Part shown: positions 50,098 to 60,682 of the stretch, one piece after another | How the letters are laid out: each line of letters opens with the position of its first letter | Position numbering within the stretch: position 1 is the stretch's first letter | DNA from: an uncultured bacterium | Lineage (GTDB): Bacteria > Babelota > Babeliae > Babelales > Vermiphilaceae | Direction of reading: 5' to 3' | NCBI GenBank assembly: GCA_963701085.1 | Contig: OY969561.1 | Coordinates: 1,056,001-1,120,000, forward strand | Length of the DNA: 64,000 nt | The notes under the pieces: model-generated | The model's input: only the letters and a program-made list of their open reading frames with translations | What the model was told of the DNA's origin: nothing | Databases searched by the model: none | Translations under genes and position numbers: made by a program

Positions 50098-51639
50098 TTA
50101 TTTCCTTGGAGGATAAAATTGATCAATACATTCCTGTATATTTTCGTCAGAAGAGTTAGTTAATATTCTTATATTATCAATTAATTCTTTAAATTCATCA
50201 AATGCATATATTGTTTTGTTGAACAGCGTATTATCACATGAATCAGGTAAGGCAAAATCGGAGTTATAATAGCGGAATTCGTTATAAGCTTCGAATTGAT
50301 TATATGTTGGTGTTTTTTTATCTTTTCGTTGATTATTGTATTTTTTTATGAGAAGGCAAAGAATACCAATAAGTTTTTTTGTGTAAAATGTATTATGAAT
50401 TTTTCCTGCGACAGGGCTTAAGAATGTAAAAAGTTTTTCTGTTGCTGTTAGTTCTGATTCAATAATATCATAGCCAAAATCATATTCTTGTTTTTCAGGA
50501 ATTAATGTTGTTCCGGCTTCGATTATTTTTATTACATCATACAGGCGGCTATTTATTGACCCTTGAAATTCTTTTTCATATATGGTGAGCAAGACTATAG
50601 GGTATGTCAGTTTATAAAACTTATCTTTTAAATTAGCATATGATAATGGTAAGTAATCATTTTGTGGAATTTCTTTGTTTGAATAGACATAAAAAAGAAA
50701 ATTCTTCATCATGCCGTTTCTGTGTTGCTTACTTGCATACGATTCTAAATTATAAAATGCAGGATAGTTACGGCATACTGATACAGGGTCATATGCATAA
50801 TTGATTTTGTTTGTGTTGGCAGAAGATGGAAGGTCAAGAATTTTGGCAAGTCGGTTGTTAGTTGTTTGGGTTGATGATAACTCATTATTATTTGGAAGAG
50901 GTTCCTTTGTGTTGTTGACCGTCAGGTTATAGTGTTTTAAATAACCAAAAAAAAGCACCATTTTTTCTTCTAATCCTTCTTGGTTATCCAGCCATTTATC
51001 ATATGAATATTTTCCCATAACATCTTCGTCTATATTTTTATTCTTTGCAGTATTCATATCAGTAATCAAAGTTATAAGAGTTTTTGTAGAAGGGTTTTTA
51101 ATAATAGTGAATGCATTATCATATAATTGTTGCATATCAGTATTAGGTTGCACCTGAGGCTTTGTTAGCAACAAAGTCTTTTTTTCGCGCGTTCTTTTTG
51201 ACGTGTGCTTGTCCGCCGTAGTTTTACCGTGTCCTCCGATCTGTCCTCCGTAGCCTTCGGCGAAGGATGGAACGAAGGAGGATAAAGAAGTGTAGGTAGA
51301 GGTTGTGTTGTCTTCAGGTACTGTTTGTACGTAGACGGGAACAAGAAGATCATTTGCATTGGTAGATACCACCGGTTGGTCATGTTTATAGGTCATATCC
51401 ATGATTTCATTATATTTTTGCCAATTTGTATCGACGATTCGTTTATAGGTTTGTTGATTATTTACTATGTCTGGCTGCGTATTGGTATGTATGGGTTGGG
51501 GGAGGAATGGGGTTTGGCTAAAAATAGTTAAAGGGAATCCTGTTAGATTGGTGGTACAGGGCCAGTGGCGTTGTTGTTCCATGCATGAGGTGGTGAGAGT
51601 AGTGATGGTCAGAAATAAAGAGAGATACATTTTTTTCAT
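50098..51639 (-). CDS. Secreted hypothetical protein, tandem paralog 2
   Basis: Start placed at MKKMYLSLFLTITTLTTSC-ME; C-terminal part highly similar to paralog 3. Confidence 0.75.
   Translation of the reverse strand: MKKMYLSLFLTITTLTTSCMEQQRHWPCTTNLTGFPLTIFSQTPFLPQPIHTNTQPDIVNNQQTYKRIVDTNWQKYNEIMDMTYKHDQPVVSTNANDLLVPVYVQTVPEDNTTSTYTSLSSFVPSFAEGYGGQIGGHGKTTADKHTSKRTREKKTLLLTKPQVQPNTDMQQLYDNAFTIIKNPSTKTLITLITDMNTAKNKNIDEDVMGKYSYDKWLDNQEGLEEKMVLFFGYLKHYNLTVNNTKEPLPNNNELSSTQTTNNRLAKILDLPSSANTNKINYAYDPVSVCRNYPAFYNLESYASKQHRNGMMKNFLFYVYSNKEIPQNDYLPLSYANLKDKFYKLTYPIVLLTIYEKEFQGSINSRLYDVIKIIEAGTTLIPEKQEYDFGYDIIESELTATEKLFTFLSPVAGKIHNTFYTKKLIGILCLLIKKYNNQRKDKKTPTYNQFEAYNEFRYYNSDFALPDSCDNTLFNKTIYAFDEFKELIDNIRILTNSSDENIQECIDQFYPPRK
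51208..51283. repeat. Nested family-B composite in frame in paralog 2
   Basis: cttgtccgccgtagttttaccgtgtcctccga[tctgtcctccgtagccttcggcgaaggatgg]aacgaaggagga; peptide SSFVPSFAEGYGGQIGGHGKTTADK. Confidence 0.85.
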
Positions 51640-51643
51640 AATG

Positions 51644-53008
51644 TTATTTCCTTGGAGGATAAAGGTGATCAATACATTCCTGTATATTTTCGTCAGAAGA
51701 CCGAGCTAATATTGTTATATGATTAACTAACTCTGTAAATTCATCAAGTGCATATATTTCTTTGTTGAACACCGTATTATCACATGAATCAGGTAAGGCA
51801 AAATTGGAGTTACAATAGCGGAATTCGTTATAAGCTTTGAATTGAGTATATGTTGGTGTTATTTTATCTTTTCGTTGATTATTGTATTTTTTTATGAGAT
51901 GGCAAAGAATACCAATACGTTTTTTTGCACGATGCGGATTATCGTCTAGTTTTATGATGCTTAACAATATAAAAAGTCCTTCTTCTGTTGTTAGCTCTGA
52001 TTCAATAATATCATAACCAAAATCATATTCTTGTTTTTTAGGAATTGATGTTATTCCGGCTTCGATTATTTTTATTAAATCATACAGGTAGATACCTACT
52101 GTTTCTTGATATTCTGCATATTTTGTGTAGCAGATCACACAAGATGCCAGCTCATAAAACTTATCTTTTAAATCAGCATATGATAATTGTGAGTAATTGT
52201 TTTGTGGGATTTCTTTGTTTGAATAGACATAAGAAATAAAAGTCTTCATTAAGCCGTTATAGGGCTTCATACTTGCATACGATTCTAAATTATAAAATGC
52301 ATGATAGTTATGGCATACTGATTCATGGTCGTATATATAATAGGTTTTGCTTGTGTTAGCAGAAGATGGAAGGTCAAGGATTTTGGCAAGTTGGTTGTTA
52401 GTTTTTGGTGTTAATTTTTTTTTGTATAACTCATTATTATTTGGAAGAAGTTCTTTTGTGTTGTTGACCGTCAGGTTATAGCGTTTTAAATAACCAAAAA
52501 AAAGCACCATTTTTTCTTCTGATGCCTCTTGTTTGTCCAGCCATTTATCATATGAATATTTCCCCATAACATCTTCATCTATATTTTTATTCTTTGCATC
52601 ATTCATATCAGTAATTAAAGTAATCAGAGTTTTTGTAGAAAGGTTTTTAATAACAGTGAATACATTATCATACAATTGTTGTATATCGGTATGAGGTTGC
52701 ACGGGAATAAGGGTGCGTAAAAATGGCTTTGTTTCTTCTTTTTCACATTGTTTTTTTGTTAGGGCCGTATTATTTGTATGCATTGGGCGGTAGATGGGTG
52801 TAAGTTCAATTTCATTGATAGCAATTGTTTGGTCGCGTTTATAGGTCATATTCATAATGTTATCTAGATATTTCTCGTTAGTATCATATGCCTCGCACAC
52901 AGGTATATTTTGTGGCACAGGATGATGAATCTTGGGGCGTTCTCGTTCCATGCATGAGGTTGATACAATATGGGTTGCGAGTAATAAAAAAGCAGATATT
53001 TTTTTCAT
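51644..53008 (-). CDS. Secreted hypothetical protein, tandem paralog 3
   Basis: aagga RBS; MKKISAFLLLATHIVSTSC-MERERPKIHHP. Confidence 0.75.
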   Translation of the reverse strand: MKKISAFLLLATHIVSTSCMERERPKIHHPVPQNIPVCEAYDTNEKYLDNIMNMTYKRDQTIAINEIELTPIYRPMHTNNTALTKKQCEKEETKPFLRTLIPVQPHTDIQQLYDNVFTVIKNLSTKTLITLITDMNDAKNKNIDEDVMGKYSYDKWLDKQEASEEKMVLFFGYLKRYNLTVNNTKELLPNNNELYKKKLTPKTNNQLAKILDLPSSANTSKTYYIYDHESVCHNYHAFYNLESYASMKPYNGLMKTFISYVYSNKEIPQNNYSQLSYADLKDKFYELASCVICYTKYAEYQETVGIYLYDLIKIIEAGITSIPKKQEYDFGYDIIESELTTEEGLFILLSIIKLDDNPHRAKKRIGILCHLIKKYNNQRKDKITPTYTQFKAYNEFRYCNSNFALPDSCDNTVFNKEIYALDEFTELVNHITILARSSDENIQECIDHLYPPRK

Positions 53009-53167
53009 GCGATAATTCCTTGAAGGCATAATTAATGGTCATAGCATTGCATATTTTATAGCATGAATGAGTACGATCGTCCATGGGTGTTTTTTTGTGT
53101 ACTTGACTCTTATCATTATAAAAATATATGTTTGGGAATAGATGAATTTAAAAAAAAGGAAGAGATT

Positions 53168-53380
53168 ATGTTGAATGCATTTGAACAATTGCCGAATAAA
53201 TATCAAGGAATATTATATTTCGGAGCAGGATCGGTGATGCTTTTGTACGCTCTTGGTTTTATTGAAAAAGGTATCACGCTGATTATAGTTTTGTTTGCGC
53301 TTTATTTAATTGGTGTTGGTTGTGTAAAAAGTGGATTGTACCAAAAAATGATGGGTACAATAAAACAGGTAAAAAAATAA
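53168..53380 (+). CDS. Small membrane protein
   Basis: aagga RBS; two hydrophobic segments. Confidence 0.55.
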   Translation: MLNAFEQLPNKYQGILYFGAGSVMLLYALGFIEKGITLIIVLFALYLIGVGCVKSGLYQKMMGTIKQVKK

Positions 53381-53401
53381 AAGAAAAGGAATAGCCGATC
53401 G

Positions 53402-54295
53402 CTATTCCTTACCATATTTCTGAATTTTATAGGACATGGTTTTCCAGATAGCATCTTGCATATTCTTAGGGAATGTGGACCACATTGTTATTAATTCTTT
53501 ATAAGGGATAGTACATTTTAATGCTACATCCTTTATAAGATTTTCAGGTGTATCTATTTTCTTATTTGGTTTTTCAATAAGTAGCCATGTGAGCAGGGCT
53601 TTCTTGAGCAGCAGTTGCTCTAATGTATAATCAGCATAACGCGCAAATATACGTATTTTGTGATCATCTGAAGTTGTTGCAACGAGCTTTCCCTCGACGT
53701 CACAGCAGGCTGAACAAGGCGGGCTGCCAGGTGAAAAAGAATCAATTTTTTGATATGTTTGTCTATCAAAGATATGTACTTTGCCAAACAATGATACAGT
53801 TGCAATGAATCTTCCAGGTCGGCTAAAGTAGTCTAAATAATCCGAGTCATCAAGTTCATATGAAAGAACTCTTTGCTGTTTTTGTATATTAAATCTCTGC
53901 ACTTTGCCACTATGTGATGCTATTTCAAGGTATTCTTTAGAGGGATAAAAGCAAACTGAGGCAAATTTGTAGTTACCATAATTAAAAGAAGCAATTTCTT
54001 GATGTTTTTGTATATCAAATATACGTGCCTGGCCATTAATGAATGATGATGCTGTTGCAAGGAGGTTTCCAGAAGGGTCAAAGCAGATTGAAGTAATGTA
54101 GCTACTATGTTCAAATATTTTATCTAAATACCACCATTGTTTTAGGTTTACATGGTTAATGATTTCTTGTTTAACGTCATTGGAGATGGTATGTTGCAAC
54201 GGAATTAGGTTGCATAGTTGTTTACGTTGCAACTCCATGCCTGTTAAGGAAAAATATATAGTAGTTGTAAGAACATACGCATATATTGTGTTCAT
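53402..54295 (-). CDS. WD40-repeat secreted protein
   Basis: HSSYITSICFDPSGNLLATAS..ARIFDI and GKLVATTSDDHKIRIF; signal ending LTG-ME. Confidence 0.8.
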   Translation of the reverse strand: MNTIYAYVLTTTIYFSLTGMELQRKQLCNLIPLQHTISNDVKQEIINHVNLKQWWYLDKIFEHSSYITSICFDPSGNLLATASSFINGQARIFDIQKHQEIASFNYGNYKFASVCFYPSKEYLEIASHSGKVQRFNIQKQQRVLSYELDDSDYLDYFSRPGRFIATVSLFGKVHIFDRQTYQKIDSFSPGSPPCSACCDVEGKLVATTSDDHKIRIFARYADYTLEQLLLKKALLTWLLIEKPNKKIDTPENLIKDVALKCTIPYKELITMWSTFPKNMQDAIWKTMSYKIQKYGKE

Positions 54296-54308
54296 GACGG
54301 ATTTGCTT

Positions 54309-57300
54309 TTATTCCTTTCTTATTTTTCCGTCATCAACTAAGCCATGTTTGGATGAATGAGTGTCAGCGGGTATTTTGGTTTCAAAGTACTGACCGAATT
54401 CATCAATTTTATACATAGGTATTGCAAAGTCAATGCCATTTTCTCTGAATGCTTTTGCAATGAGCAAACGGATATCACTGCCAAGATCCCACATTTCAAG
54501 CGTGTAGGCAGAGCTGACAAAGCAGCGTACCATAAATTCATACCCATATTCAGTAAAATTGCTTAAACGAATAATAGGACGTGGATTTTTGAGTACATTG
54601 GGGTGTTCTTCCGTTGCAGCAAGTAAGATAGATTTCACACGCTGAGCATCTTCCTTAAAATAGACATAGAGCGTGATATCATTAAGCGCGATAAAGTTGC
54701 GAACATAGTTCCAATTTTCAATTGATTTACTGACTATGAGTGTGTTTGGCACGATAATTGTTGTGCTATTTTTTCTGCGTAAAACAACCGCGCGTGGGGT
54801 AATTTTACGAACAACACCCATGGTTTCTTCATCAACTTTTATGTAATCACCAATTTTAATGGGGCGTTGGACTAAGATTACAAAATAAGAGATAAAGTCG
54901 CTAATAGGGTCTTTGAGATACAAACCAATACTCAGTGCTAACGCAATAAAGACGTTACCGATTAATGATCCAAGGCCAACGCTATTGAATGCAAAGAATA
55001 CCGCGATAATAATAACAATGTATTGAATAATGCTGTTAACGGTATGTTGTACCCCTGATTCAACTAATAACAGATCAAAGATGCGTGCAAGAACATACTG
55101 TTTTAATGAGTAGGCAATGGTAAGACCACCAATAAAGAATGCAATGATTTTTAATAAAGACATGATGGTAATGGGGTGCATGGTGTCTTCAAGAATGAGT
55201 GGTACTTTGAGCCATTGTCGTAAATCAGTGAATGTAACATCCCATCCCCATATTTTTGCCGCACCAATAAATCCGATAAATCCTAAGATAACAAATGATC
55301 CAATGATGACTAAGCCAAAATAGGTTTTTGCATATGAAAAGCGTTCGCGAACAATGGCGTCTTCTTGGGAGAAAAAGAGCATTGATGTACTCTTTTTTAC
55401 AAAATCATGAAGTAATGACAATAGTTTCATAAGTATTGCCATATAAATGGAGCCGGAAAGTAGGTAAAGGACCAGTCGGCCAAAACCAACATATGGGTTG
55501 CTCATGATAATAATGGCAACAACAAAGAACAGTATAAGATAATAATAGTGATCAACGTGAGCGTGCACCCATCGCCAAAAATCAGAATAATCAGGAATAA
55601 TTCCCATGATCTGTTCTTTGGTGATCAAAAAGATCAATGAAATTTGCAAAATAATAAAGTTTACGGCAAGGAGGATATTGGATAACTCTGATCGTAAGTA
55701 CACCGGTGAGAGCATAAAAGCTTGGCGGAAGAAGAATACGATGATCGTGAGATATACCAAGGTAGAAAAGACAAGCTCAAATCGACGTTGGAACTCTTCA
55801 GAAAGTAATACATGACTATATTCTTCATTCATGGACATCAACATTTTCATAAATCGTTGAGAGAGATACAAAAGATAGGGAATGGAAAAGAGGTAAAAGA
55901 GAATAAAGAGATAGTTATCAGGGATAACGCAGCAGAATAACCATATCATCATCCATGTAAAAATGCCGCGGCTGAATGTACAGGCAAATGTGATAAGTGT
56001 GCCAAGAATAAATCCTGCCATGCTTATTAAAGCACCATGATTGCCGCTGCGAATGAGTGTTAATGTGATGAGCGCCGATTGATGTTTTTTTATGAACAAG
56101 AGTGAGAATATGAGTGTAAGGAGGGTAAAGAATAAAAAGAGGACATTAAGTCGGGCGAGAAAATCCGTCATAAAGATGAGTAAGAAGCACTTTGCTATTG
56201 AATTTGGCCATATAGATACGAATATCATTAAAGAAGCTTTTCGCATCGGAAAGGATATTTTTTACCCCCTCAAGCGTAATTGCATAGGCTGGGCGATACC
56301 ATATGGTGCTGGTTTGCAGTTCAGTGCTAATAAAATCAATTAATCGTACCGTGCTATTGATTTCAGCGATTATTCCTGAATAGATCCCTGTTAATTTGCC
56401 CAAGATATCAATTTGTTTTTTGAGTGCTCTATCAGCGCGTGTTACATAGGCAAGGAATTGGTTATGTTCTTTAATTTTATTTTTAAAAATAAGATCATTT
56501 TGTTTTTCAGTGTCTTCACGGAATGCATTGACTCTATCAAGAATTTTTTTGATTTGATTAAGAGAGTTGGCTACAGCATTTATTTTAGTTTGATAAAGCT
56601 TGCTGTTTTCTTCAGCAATTTTCTTTTTTGTTTCGTAATCAGTGCGTTCTTTGGTGATCTCTTCTTCAGTGAGAAAACCTCGTGTAGAAATTTTATGATA
56701 GGTTATTTTTGCTTCAGTTTTTATTTTTTTATAGTTAAATTTCTCTTCTTCAAGTGCTAAATGTGCATCCAGTAAATCTTTTTCCTTGGTATAGAGAATA
56801 ACTTCTGCATTTAATGCGCCAATCTGTACAAGGCCTACATAGGAGTCTGATGTTTGTTTTGGTTTTTTACTCCATTCATCAACTTCGCTGCCGAGAGGAA
56901 TTGAAAGTTGCTTACTCAATTCGTTGAGCTCTTTTTCTTTATTTTTTTGGAGAGTTACTAATTTTTTCACGATCATGCCGTAGTGAATCTTTGTGAGAAA
57001 AATAGGTTTTTTGTTCCCTTGCTAACTCTTCTTCAGCGAGCGCTAGGTCTGCTTCACTGACGTGAATTGCTGATTTGACGATGCGGAGTTGTTTTTTGAA
57101 AAGATCAAGATAAGATTTTGCTAAAAAGAGCTGTAGTTCAAGTGATTTTATACGATAATTGATTTCTTTAAATCGTATATCGGCAAGCTGCTTTTTATAT
57201 TTATAGAGATGATCTTCGAGTTTAATAATTTCTTTTTCATGCTCAGTATCTCCACTAAGCATGCTGTTTGCAGCAATAGCTTCAGTATAGGCCTTGATAT

Positions 57301-57929
57301 CTTGTTGACGTCTGTCATATTCTTCTTGGAGGGTTGTTATAATTCTTTTTCTGCTTTCTTTTTCTACACGCATGCTTTTTTCTTGTTCCGCCAATTGTGT
57401 TACTCGTTGTTCATAATCAAGAATATGATCATGTAATGATTGAAGATCATCAAAAGAGTAGTAGAGACGTTCGTTGTAGTTTGTTCTTTTTCTTGAATGA
57501 TTTCAAAATAAGGGTCTTCAAGAAAGGATCGTAATTGTGTAATAATTTCGGTAACGAGTGAGATATAGTCATCATAAATACGTTGCATATCTTTGAGTGT
57601 TTGTTCTGATTCATTAAGTATTGATTGTTGTTTTAAGGAGAAAATCATCTTCAGAATTTTTTTGTAACCCGCTTTCTACATTGGCTAAGTAATGTTTTAA
57701 CTTCATCTAATTTGTCGTAAAATTTTTTCCGTAAAAGATTTATTCGAACTCATTAGTTCGGATTGTTCTTTTTCAAGCTCATCTAATAGTTTTTGTTTTT
57801 CCTCAATAACGCCAACAAAAAATTTTTGACTGGTGATCAGTTTTTACAAATTGTTTGAAAAAATCTCCGCCATGGCAGATGATGTTAAGAGAGAAGGAGT
57901 ATAAGAGATGCTTTTTTTATTATTTTCAT
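54309..57929 (-). pseudogene. Large MscS/MscK-like mechanosensitive channel, frameshifted in its N-terminal half (possibly assembly error)
   Basis: C-terminal MscS motifs (SIGLYLKDPISDFIS..QRPIKIGDYI, IIVPNT, NW); coiled-coil fragments 56146-56976, 56939-57394 and 57400-57648 in shifted frames. Confidence 0.8.
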
Positions 57930-58531
57930 AATGCCCTATTTTCTGCTAAAAAATGAACTGTCTTAAATTCATTAACATATGGATGTTGCCAAATGCAACA
58001 CCATAACCATCTATCCAATTCTTTTTCATACACTGTATCAATTGTTATTTCATTGAGTTTTTCAATATTAATAGTGTTTAGGTGGGTAATAAGTTCTGTG
58101 CGTGCTTCATTTAGTTCCGGTATACTACCCATACTTGTGAGCAATTTTAATAAAAAAAACTTTTTAAATTGCGTTGTCATGAGTGCATGCTCAGTTATAT
58201 ATAAAAAGGCAAGAAGATCAAATACCTCTTTTGAGCAACTGCCTACATTGGTGAAATAATAAATGAGTTCAAGTACATGATGGAAAAAAAGCATATCAGC
58301 TTGTGCTAAAGAAAGAGGAATGTATAAAAGAGTGCTATCGCTTATAAAATGTATTGCCTGTTGTTGTTTGATGTTATAGGTGATAAGTGCACCAGTGGAC
58401 AGGGAAGGTGTTGTGGTAACACATTCAATTTTTCCCTGAACTTTATCCAAAACTATCACTTTATATGGTGATGAGCTATTTTTTCTTAAAATAATACCCA
58501 CAGAACCCAAAAACACTATCTCGCTCCTCAT
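57926..58531 (-). CDS. recO: DNA repair protein RecO-like
   Basis: GIILRK..KVIVLDKVQGKI N-terminal OB-like region and FLLKLLTSMGSIPEL helix. Confidence 0.55.
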   Translation of the reverse strand: MRSEIVFLGSVGIILRKNSSSPYKVIVLDKVQGKIECVTTTPSLSTGALITYNIKQQQAIHFISDSTLLYIPLSLAQADMLFFHHVLELIYYFTNVGSCSKEVFDLLAFLYITEHALMTTQFKKFFLLKLLTSMGSIPELNEARTELITHLNTINIEKLNEITIDTVYEKELDRWLWCCIWQHPYVNEFKTVHFLAENRAL

Positions 58532-58685
58532 GTATATATATTAATCCTAACGCACAAGAAATAATCTCGCTAGTATTACGTTAAAAAATATAAATATCTT
58601 TTTTTATTAGCAAATAATGTGCTAAGTTAAATTTATGGAAAAAAAGAATCATAGTTTTTTCTTATTAGAATATTAGGGGGTTAGT

Positions 58686-60360
58686 ATGAAGAAATGTACG
58701 ATGTCCATGGTCTTTACTTTATTTGTATATATTATTTTTTTTATTCCCATATCCGTTTTAGGGTATAATGCTCGGCCGCCGCGCTTGACGGTGGTGTTAG
58801 TTGTTGATCAGTTTGCGCATCATTATATTAATAAGTTGTATCCTCATTTAAAGCATGGGTTAAGGTATTTGTTGGATAATGGTGTTGTGTATACCAATGC
58901 ACATATGCCGCATGGTCAACCAAGTACTGCAACTGGTCATGCAGGTCTTAATACAGGAACATGTGCAAAAGACCATGGTTTTATTGCTAATGCATGGTAT
59001 GAGAATGGTAAGAAAGTTGCCTGTGATGATGATGCATCAGGCAATGCTCTTGTTTTTTCGCCTGATGGAATGCATGATTATGGCAAATCGGCACAAAGAT
59101 TAATGGCTGATGGTTTATCTGATCAATGTGTATTGCAGTCAAAACCAAACAGTAATTTTGCTGTATATAGTATTTCTGGAAAAAGTCGTTCAGCAATTGC
59201 AACAGCGAGCAAGCTTGGAAAAGCATTGTGGTTTGATCATCAAACAGGGATTTTTACTTCGAGTAAAGCATATTTTGATAGTTTACCTGAGTGGATACAG
59301 GAATTTAACAGCACTCATGATCTGAGTAAAAAGAGTCCAATAACATGGAAACCTATGTATCCAGAAAGCCCGTATGCGTATAATTTTTTTAATATTAATA
59401 ATTATGATTATACCCATGAAAAACCGATGATTAATAGGGCGCTGCCGGTGTGTGATGAAGCGCATCCTCACCATAAATATCATTGGTTTGAAAAAACGCC
59501 TCAGGCTAATCAATATATTTTAGATTGCGCCCAAACATGTATTAAAACACACGTGAGCAGAAAACACAGGGATCGTTTGCTGTTATGGGTATGCCTCAGT
59601 CCTCTTGATAAAATTGGACATAAATATGGTCCGAGTAGTATGGAAGCAATTGATATGATTTATCATCTTGATAAACAGATACGTCGTTTTATTCGTCAAA
59701 CGCTCAGGGTGATTGGCAAGCATGAAGTGGTATTTGCTCTTACTGCTGATCATGGCGTGATGCCAATTCCTCAGCTCCTTGCGCAACAAGGATTAACACA
59801 AGCTCGTAGGCTTGATCGTGTTGAATTGATCAATAATATTAATAAAAAAGTTAAAGAAAAGTATGATCTTGAACAGATAGTTACTGGGTTTAAGTGTCAA
59901 GAATTGTTGGTTAATGAGCCTGCTTTACAGCAATTGGATTCCACAAAACATGCAGAAGTTATGAGGGATATAAAGTTTTATGCATCGCAAGAACCGGGGA
60001 TTCTGAATGTATGGTTGTATGATGATTTTATACATCTTCCTACTCAGCCCAATACCATAGAAGAAAATATTAAAAATCAGTTGTTTAAAGGACGTAGCGG
60101 TTCAGTGATCATTAAAACAGAACCGTATGTTGTGGTAACCCATTGGAAAGAGGGAACTGAGCATAAGACACCGTATGATTATGATACGCATGTGCCATTG
60201 ATAATTTTCCATCCGGGTAAGTTTGAACGCAGAATATGTGCGCAAACGTGTTGCTGCGTTGCAATTGGCCAATACACTTGCTGAACTGTTGAATGTTCCT
60301 AAACCATCTGCATCAACATATGAGATATTGCCTGACTTGTTCGATCCTGAATATAAATAA
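58686..60360 (+). CDS. Alkaline phosphatase family protein (PafA-like), frameshift near 60230
   Basis: VVLVVDQF, STATGHA, SGKSRSAI, DKIGHKYGP, LTADHG, YDYDTHVPLI; the shifted frame continues LQLANTLAELLNVPKPSAS to a stop at 60360. Confidence 0.88.
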
Positions 60361-60364
60361 GCGT

Positions 60365-60415
60365 AAAAAAAAAGAAGGTCCTGGTGCATAGTGCATGCAG
60401 GACCTTCTTTTTTTT
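60365..60415. terminator. Bidirectional intrinsic terminator
   Basis: A-run, gaaggtcctg...caggaccttc stem, T-run, between convergent genes. Confidence 0.85.
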
Positions 60416-60593
60416 AATTCATTGGTGGGCGTTTGCCACGAAGAAAGTTCATTATAACTGATAAGGCAAGCAATATAATGAAAATAAAGAAAAGCATTCT
60501 TGCTATCTCAACAGATACTATTTCCACTCCGGTGAAACCTAATAATCCGGCAACAATTGCAAGAACTAAAAAGGTTATAATCATATTTAACAT
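60414..60593 (-). CDS. DUF1328/UPF0391 small membrane protein
   Basis: aaggag RBS; FLVLAIVAGLLGFTGV...IARMLFFIFIIL. Confidence 0.85.
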   Translation of the reverse strand: MLNMIITFLVLAIVAGLLGFTGVEIVSVEIARMLFFIFIILLALSVIMNFLRGKRPPMN

Positions 60594-60682
60594 AAACAGA
60601 CTCCTTTGAATAAACATTTTTCCTATATTATGAACATAGTTGTTTATACGATAGGATGACTGCCATGCAAAAAGCTACAAAA

